From a virus: 64,000 nt of DNA. The position numbers were made by a program, and so were the translations under genes. The number at the start of each line of letters is the position of its first letter. Positions within the stretch are counted from its first letter, which is position 1. The DNA is taken from positions 32,001 to 96,000 of the IMG/VR virus record IMGVR_UViG_3300025000_000064. One strand, given 5' to 3'. The notes below the pieces were generated by a model that did not search any database, was not told the origin of the DNA, and saw nothing but the letters and a program-made list of their open reading frames with translations. Positions 57,812 through 64,000 of this stretch are shown here, piece after piece.

Positions 57812-57929
57812 GAGAAGATATGTTTAATAATATAACAGATTTGGTATCTAAATGCAATTAAAAATAATGAAATAACAATTGAAGAAATAGTTTAATGTTT
57901 TGATATAGAATTGAGAAAGGACTTATAAG

Positions 57930-58454
57930 ATGTTTAATATATTTAAAAAAAAGAAAAACAAGAATATTGTCCAAGAAATAAAAGAACCAAGCATTGAAGA
58001 AAAAGTTTACGATAGATTAACAGACTTGTGTTTAAAAATAAATGGATGTAATAGTTTTCATATGAAAGTGAAAACAAAATTAGGTAGTAGATTTTTAAAA
58101 TACGACAGTATAAAGGACTTCCATTCCAACTATCAAATATTAAGTTTCTTTGAAAATAAATTTGATAAAAATTATTTATTTGAAATTGCTTTTTATAAAA
58201 AAATCTCAGGAGATATTTTTGAAGAACCTATAATCTCTTATCATATTGATATTAAGCCAAACTTGGCGAGTAATCACAAAATGACAGAAGGAGAAATATT
58301 TAATTGCATATTAGAGTTAGAAGAAATAGCAGAAATAGAAAATAAAAAACTAAATATTTATTTAGAAACAATAAAAAAACTAGATGAACAACACAATAAA
58401 TTAGTAAATAATTTTAAAAATAGATTTAATTATGGAATTAACAAGGAGAATTAA
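57930..58454 (+). CDS. hypothetical protein
   Basis: 174-aa ORF with AAGGA RBS. Confidence 0.65.
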   Translation: MFNIFKKKKNKNIVQEIKEPSIEEKVYDRLTDLCLKINGCNSFHMKVKTKLGSRFLKYDSIKDFHSNYQILSFFENKFDKNYLFEIAFYKKISGDIFEEPIISYHIDIKPNLASNHKMTEGEIFNCILELEEIAEIENKKLNIYLETIKKLDEQHNKLVNNFKNRFNYGINKEN

Positions 58455-58475
58455 ATAGAGAATAAAGCAAATTTT

Positions 58476-58784
58476 ATGAATAAATGCGAAGACAGCTATG
58501 TGCAAGAATATAATTGTGTTATAGAATTAAAGTCCCTTTGGGCGGATAAAAATATCTGTATAGATAGTTGCCTTTTAAAAGAAATAGAATATTTGTGGGG
58601 CAAAGGAATAGTTACAACAGGATGTTGTTGTGGAAAACATATTAATAGTCCAGAAAACAGTTCTTTTATAGGAGTAGAAGAAGATTTTATACCTTTAATG
58701 AAACAATTGGGTTATCAAGTTAGATTTAACCCATGTAGAATAAATGACGAAGATAGTTTTGTGCCTAAATTTAGTTTGGAATAA
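58476..58784 (+). CDS. conserved phage hypothetical protein (CCCGxH motif)
   Basis: IDSCL..EI..LW..GIVT.GCCCGKH. Confidence 0.65.
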   Translation: MNKCEDSYVQEYNCVIELKSLWADKNICIDSCLLKEIEYLWGKGIVTTGCCCGKHINSPENSSFIGVEEDFIPLMKQLGYQVRFNPCRINDEDSFVPKFSLE

Positions 58785-58789
58785 ATATA

Positions 58790-60472
58790 ATGCAAAAAAT
58801 AGAAATAAATAAATCTGAGATTATAAAATTAAAATCAAATATTGACAACTTGGCTTTCTACTCTAAATATTTAAAGTTAAAAAAGATTGGAAAGAATTAC
58901 TTTGCGAATTGTCCATTTCACCAAGAAAGAACTGCTTCATTCCAAATAAATATGGAAACAGGTTTTTATCGTTGCTATGGGTGTGGCGAGTCTTCTGATG
59001 TTATTGATTTCTATAAAAACATTGAAAATAAAACCTTTATTCAGTCTGTTTTGGATTTGGCAGAAGAATACAATATAAAACTAGAAATTGACGAGAAAGT
59101 AAAGGAATATATATCTTATAGAAAGAAACTATTCAATGCAAACAGATTGGTTTATAACATCTACAATAAAAATTTAAAAGAAAATAAAAATGTCTTGAAA
59201 TATTTGTACAAAGATAGAAATTTATCTTTAACATCAATAAATAAATTTAAGCTTTGTGCTTCATCTTCTAATCAACTATCTAATATTGACCATTTGTATA
59301 AGCAGTATTTCAAAGATTTAAATCTGGTTATGGAGGGAGAAAACGGAAACGAGTTTGACTATTTTAGAACAGAGAGAGCTATATTTCCATTTGTTAATGA
59401 ATATGGGCAGATAATAGGATTCTCGTCAAGAGCTTTGAATGACAAAGAAATGCCCAAATATCTTCACACAAAAGACTCTGAAATATTTTTAAAATCAGAT
59501 GAAATATATGGTATACATCAAGCATTGGATTCAATAAAGAAAAAAGATTCTGTCATAATTGTTGAAGGATATATGGATTGCATAAGGTCGCATGAAAATG
59601 GATTTACAAATACAGTTGCTTTGGCTGGGTTGAATATGTCAGAGAATGTTGCTAAAAAATTAGGCAAACTAACAAAAAACTTTTATATATGTTTAGACAA
59701 TGATGAAGCAGGGCAGAATGCTTTAAAGAACATATATGATGCCCTAAAGAAGAATGCTACTTATCCAAACATAATGATTATAAAACTGCCAAAACCAAAC
59801 AATGTAAAGAAGATGGACTTGGATGAATTTTTATCATATAACTCCTCAGATATGTTTAAATCTCTCATTAAAGGAGCTTTGTCTTATAATGAATTTATAA
59901 TAAATGAAACACTTAAAACATTTAACTATAAAACAATAGAAGATAAAAAGACATTAATTTATATGTTGAGAGAACACATAAGATGTATTCCAAACATAAT
60001 TGATAGAAACCAATATATAACTTTAATAGCAAATAAGCTGTCAATTCCAGAAAATGATGTTTTCTTAATCATGAAAGATAGAACAAATTTAAAAGAAGTA
60101 AGTCATGGCTCAAAAGAGAAGCAATATGTAACTGCACAAAAGCTATTATTAGCACTATTGTTTTCCTCTCATGATAAGCATTTTATATCAATATTATTTG
60201 ACGAATATGATATAAAAAATAATTTGAATAAAAACTATCGAGCTTTATATGGAGTAATATCTGAAAAAGTTTTCAATATGTTGACAGAGGATAAGATAAC
60301 TGATACAATTAATATTATATATTCGATGTTTAATGAGAACGAAACAGTAAAAAATATATTAGCAGATATAGTGTTTAAAGTCGAAGAAGTTGATGCTTAT
60401 TCTCAAGAAGAACTAAAATTATTTGTGGAAGATTTGCAAATATGTTTAAAGAGACAAATAAAGAAAGATTGA
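58790..60472 (+). CDS. dnaG: DNA primase
   Basis: CPFHQERTASF...CYGC, FPF...GFSSR, PKYLHT, TOPRIM VEGYMD, LDNDEAG, DLDEF. Confidence 0.95.
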   Translation: MQKIEINKSEIIKLKSNIDNLAFYSKYLKLKKIGKNYFANCPFHQERTASFQINMETGFYRCYGCGESSDVIDFYKNIENKTFIQSVLDLAEEYNIKLEIDEKVKEYISYRKKLFNANRLVYNIYNKNLKENKNVLKYLYKDRNLSLTSINKFKLCASSSNQLSNIDHLYKQYFKDLNLVMEGENGNEFDYFRTERAIFPFVNEYGQIIGFSSRALNDKEMPKYLHTKDSEIFLKSDEIYGIHQALDSIKKKDSVIIVEGYMDCIRSHENGFTNTVALAGLNMSENVAKKLGKLTKNFYICLDNDEAGQNALKNIYDALKKNATYPNIMIIKLPKPNNVKKMDLDEFLSYNSSDMFKSLIKGALSYNEFIINETLKTFNYKTIEDKKTLIYMLREHIRCIPNIIDRNQYITLIANKLSIPENDVFLIMKDRTNLKEVSHGSKEKQYVTAQKLLLALLFSSHDKHFISILFDEYDIKNNLNKNYRALYGVISEKVFNMLTEDKITDTINIIYSMFNENETVKNILADIVFKVEEVDAYSQEELKLFVEDLQICLKRQIKKD

Positions 60473-60473
60473 T

Positions 60474-63209
60474 ATGATAACAATGGATAAAAATGAAATA
60501 ATATTAACAAAGGAACAAAATAATATCTTGAAAACATTAAATAATGACCAAGAATATATTGTCATAAACGCTTTTGCTGGAGCATCAAAAGCACAACCAC
60601 TATATTCTAAAATATTAACCCCTAGTGGTTGGACAACAATGGGCAAAATAAAAATTAATGATGATATAATAGGCTCAGACGGCAATATATATCAAGTAGT
60701 TGGAGTTTATCCGCAGGGTGTAAAAAAAATAAATAGAGTAACATTCTCTGATGATTTTTATACTGATTGTTGTGATGAACACCTATGGTCTACCAAAACA
60801 GATAAAGAAAGATTCTACAAGAAACAACCAACCGTTAAAACAACTTTAGATTTAAAAAATACTCTATATGAGTCTAATAAAAATAAAACAAGAATTGTTA
60901 AAAACCATTCTATAGAATGGTGTAAGCCTATTAATTTTCCAAAAAGGGAATTAAATATACATCCTTATGTATTGGGTATTATAATAGGAGATGGCTCTAT
61001 TGATTCTAATGGCAATGTAATAATAACAAATCCAGAGATAGATGTAATGGATAAAGTTAAAAGATATTTACCAGAAAATATTTATTTGAAAACAAGAGAT
61101 TATAAAGATAGATGTATAGCATATGGTATTAATTGTAATACCAGATACAACGTATTCAGTAAATATATAAAAGAATATGGGCTAAATGGTAAAAAAAGTT
61201 GGGAAAAATATATACCTGATGATTACATGCTATCCTCTGTAGAAGACAGACTTAATTTATTACAAGGATTAATAGATTCAGACGGATGCGTAAATAAAAA
61301 TACTTCTAATGTTACATATACCACTACTTCTAAAAAATTAGCAGAAAATATTATAGATTTGGTTCAATCACTAGGGGGAAGAATAACAATTTCTGAAAAA
61401 ATGGGGAAATATACTAAAAATAATATCACTAAAGAAACAAGAGTTTTTTATTCACTTAATATATTATTTTATAATAATATAATCCCTGTTTCATCAGAAA
61501 AACACTTAAGTAGATTTGTAAAAGCAAAAAGACAATATGAAAGATATATTAAAAATATAGAACAAATAGGAGAAGAGGAGTGTCAATGTATAAGAGTAAA
61601 CGCTCCAAATAGTCTATACATAACAGATAATTATATATTAACACATAACACCACTATTTGTATAGAATTAATTAAAGAAATGCTAAAAAATAATAACAGT
61701 AGTAAAATTCTTTACACATGCTTTAATAAGCTTATAATGGAAGAAGCCAAAAGTAAATTCAAAAGGTTAGGTCTGAATATAGAATGCAGGACTGCTCACT
61801 CTTTGGCCTTAAAAGAATTACAAAAAATAAAAAAAGTAGAATTAATATTTTATTTAGATTATGATTTCTTTAAGAAAAAGAAAAAAGATAAGAAATCAAC
61901 CTTTATTGGAGTAAAATATTTAATAGATAAATATACCTCATGCGATTTTAATATGGAAGAGTTCAAAACTATATCTTCAGATAATTTATACAAAGACAAT
62001 AAGATAACAGCATATGAAAATAGAGATATTGACGAATTTGAAAATATATATAATTTATTAATAAAAGAAAATAAATATATGCACAATATGTATTTAAAAG
62101 AATTTGCTTTATTAAATACTTCCATAGAAGAATTCGACTATGTGCTAGTTGATGAGTCTCAAGATTTGGACACAGCAATGCTTTCTATTCTTAAAAACAT
62201 GAAGTGTAAGAAAAAATACATAGTTGGAGATTCTTTTCAAACAATATATGCTTCATTTAGAGATACGGTAAACGCTTTAGATATTTTAGCAGAAGAAGAC
62301 AAGTCCAATGTTTATCCATTATCTAAAAGCTTTAGGTTTCATGACGATATAGCAGAATTGGCAAATGTCATTTTAGAAGGAAGTGGCTCTGTATTAAAAT
62401 TAAAAGGTAATGGCAAAAATAAAAATAAAAACGTATGTGATAAAAATATAACTGTCTTATTTAGAAGTAATTTTGGGATATTAAATTGGGCATGCAAACG
62501 GCTAAAATTAGAAAAAAATATAAAGTTTAATTTCAATGGGATAAGTGATGGCAAATCCGCAAAAGATTTTAATGAATTGTATTACGATTTTATTAGCTTG
62601 CTAAAATTAATGTCACAAGACAAGAAAGACAAATATTTTGAATCAGAGCTAGATAGGTTTTTTCCAGTTCTAAAACTGTCTCCCAGAGTTCTTAAAATGA
62701 AAAAGATAGCTTCTGAAGAAAAGAAATCATTATCTGGATACCTTAGAGAACAATGCGAAAAGAATGTAATGCTAGACCAAGACTTAGTAAATTATTGGAA
62801 GTTTGCAGAGGTAACATGGGTAGATTTAATAAACAAACTAAGGAGTTTAGAAAATTCCCAATATGTAAAAAATCCAGATAAGATTTATACTCTTTATACA
62901 ACACATAAGGCAAAAGGGTGTGAGTGGGATAATGTGATAATAGCTGAAGATTGTTGGTATAGCCATGAATATGGTGTTGATGATGAAGATTACAAACAGG
63001 AAGCTATGAATATTATATATGTGGCATTGACTAGGAGCAAAGAGAAATTAACTATAGAATCAGAAATAATTAATGATTTATTAAACATAGAAGGCGAAAC
63101 AGAGCTGAATGACTTCTTTTCTTCGGGAGATTCTTTTACATCTGTTGAATTAGAAGATGGAACAATTGAAGATGATTATTTAGAAACAGAAGAAACATGG
63201 GGAGAATAA
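60474..63209 (+). CDS. SF1 (UvrD/Rep-like) helicase containing an intein
   Basis: spliced Walker A AFAGASK/TT, LVDESQD, VGDSFQTIY, SFRF, FRSN, THKAKGCEWDNV, YVALTRSK. Confidence 0.9.
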   Translation: MITMDKNEIILTKEQNNILKTLNNDQEYIVINAFAGASKAQPLYSKILTPSGWTTMGKIKINDDIIGSDGNIYQVVGVYPQGVKKINRVTFSDDFYTDCCDEHLWSTKTDKERFYKKQPTVKTTLDLKNTLYESNKNKTRIVKNHSIEWCKPINFPKRELNIHPYVLGIIIGDGSIDSNGNVIITNPEIDVMDKVKRYLPENIYLKTRDYKDRCIAYGINCNTRYNVFSKYIKEYGLNGKKSWEKYIPDDYMLSSVEDRLNLLQGLIDSDGCVNKNTSNVTYTTTSKKLAENIIDLVQSLGGRITISEKMGKYTKNNITKETRVFYSLNILFYNNIIPVSSEKHLSRFVKAKRQYERYIKNIEQIGEEECQCIRVNAPNSLYITDNYILTHNTTICIELIKEMLKNNNSSKILYTCFNKLIMEEAKSKFKRLGLNIECRTAHSLALKELQKIKKVELIFYLDYDFFKKKKKDKKSTFIGVKYLIDKYTSCDFNMEEFKTISSDNLYKDNKITAYENRDIDEFENIYNLLIKENKYMHNMYLKEFALLNTSIEEFDYVLVDESQDLDTAMLSILKNMKCKKKYIVGDSFQTIYASFRDTVNALDILAEEDKSNVYPLSKSFRFHDDIAELANVILEGSGSVLKLKGNGKNKNKNVCDKNITVLFRSNFGILNWACKRLKLEKNIKFNFNGISDGKSAKDFNELYYDFISLLKLMSQDKKDKYFESELDRFFPVLKLSPRVLKMKKIASEEKKSLSGYLREQCEKNVMLDQDLVNYWKFAEVTWVDLINKLRSLENSQYVKNPDKIYTLYTTHKAKGCEWDNVIIAEDCWYSHEYGVDDEDYKQEAMNIIYVALTRSKEKLTIESEIINDLLNIEGETELNDFFSSGDSFTSVELEDGTIEDDYLETEETWGE
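60591..61649 (+). mobile_element. class 3 intein (353 aa) with LAGLIDADG homing endonuclease
   Basis: starts AQPLYSKI, block B DEHLW, VLGIIIGDG and LQGLIDSDG, block F CQCIRV, ends ILTHN before Thr. Confidence 0.9.
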
Positions 63210-63210
63210 A

Positions 63211-63417
63211 ATGAATTATATTAAAAAAATATTATTGATAGCTAAAATATTCACACCCAATAAAAATATAGAATTAAAAGAGCTTTTTATGACAACGCTG
63301 ATAACATCTTTAACAAAACAAAATCCAAATATTGCTAAAATAGAAGCACATATAACTGTTGCAATTTTAGATGAAGTTTTTGAGCAAGTATTAGAATATG
63401 CAGAAGGCAAACAATAA
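63211..63417 (+). CDS. hypothetical protein
   Basis: 68-aa ORF. Confidence 0.55.
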   Translation: MNYIKKILLIAKIFTPNKNIELKELFMTTLITSLTKQNPNIAKIEAHITVAILDEVFEQVLEYAEGKQ

Positions 63418-64000
63418 TGAATAATAAAATTAATGCAATGCTTTTGTTTGATGGAATATCATGTTCCCAAGTTTCTTTTAAGAAACTTGGGATAGTTACC
63501 GACAAATGCTATGCTTCCGAAATAAAGAAACATGCTATAACTGTAACACAACATCATTTTCCTGATACTATTCAGATAGGAGATATAAATAATATTGATT
63601 TTAATTTATATAAAAATATATTTATATTAATGGGAGGAAGCCCATGTCAAGACTTAAGTAGATTAAAAGTCGGAGAAGATAGAAAAGGATTACAGGGCGA
63701 AAAATCCTCTTTGTTTTTTAAATACATAGAGGCCTTACATACAATAAAGCCAAAATACTTTTTATTAGAAAATGTTATAATGGATAAAGACAATGAAGAC
63801 ATCATTAGTGATTTACTAGGCGTTAAACCCATAAGGATAAATTCAAATTTAGTAAGTTTCCAAAATAGAGACAGGTTATATTGGACAAATATTCCAAATG
63901 TTACAATTCCAAAAGATAAAAATATATCATTTCAAGATTTTAAAGATACCGATTATGAGTATTGTAAAAAATTTAAAGTCAACAAAACTCCAAGTAGAAT
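63417..64000 (+). CDS. C5-cytosine DNA methyltransferase (partial, runs off the window)
   Basis: hand-translated: LFDGISC, ASEI, GGSPCQD, LLENV, QNRDRLYW. Confidence 0.9.
   Translation, partial: MNNKINAMLLFDGISCSQVSFKKLGIVTDKCYASEIKKHAITVTQHHFPDTIQIGDINNIDFNLYKNIFILMGGSPCQDLSRLKVGEDRKGLQGEKSSLFFKYIEALHTIKPKYFLLENVIMDKDNEDIISDLLGVKPIRINSNLVSFQNRDRLYWTNIPNVTIPKDKNISFQDFKDTDYEYCKKFKVNKTPSR

Noticed and set aside
1937-63832. Antisense and overlapping ORFs in the track (e.g. 1937+, 9861+, 17125-, 28824+, 42532+, 44753+, 55218+, 61859-)
   Set aside because: They are shadows of longer, motif-bearing genes on the opposite strand, with no RBS or recognisable content.

Overview
This window is a very AT-rich (roughly 25% GC by eye), gene-dense segment of a large tailed-phage genome read in standard code 11. 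No cellular core genes are present, and the host cannot be assigned beyond one using sigma70/sigmaA-type promoters and AGGAG ribosome-binding sites. Layout: (i) 1-16.8 kb, minus strand: an early-type region of small hypothetical ORFs driven by repeated TTGACA promoters, with two HNH nucleases, an adenine MTase, a pyrimidine-dimer glycosylase family gene and a tandem array of 17 translationally coupled small ORFs that begin Met-Ile-Ile, most missed by the ORF track. (ii) 16.9-19.5 kb: a plus-strand island, possibly including a terminase small subunit. (iii) 19.5-56 kb, minus strand: KTSC, a T5 A1-like metallophosphoesterase, a HAD phosphatase, an MT-A70 MTase, an 11-kb glycosylation locus (glycosyltransferases, three paralogous WEFSG proteins, methyltransferases, TagF-like transferase, gmhA-hddA-hddC, epimerase), a tRNA-like RNA, a candidate ~550-nt structured ncRNA with its own promoter and terminator, cobO, a sigma factor, dnaE, a RuvC-like resolvase, an HNH gene that appears to have replaced the dnaB 3' end, dam and an SSB candidate. 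(iv) 56.2-56.6 kb: a repeat-rich candidate origin at the strand switch. (v) 56.8-64 kb, plus strand: tdk, dnaG, an SF1 helicase with a class 3 intein and a C5 MTase cut by the window edge. All calls come from reading motifs by eye; no searches or folding programs were run.
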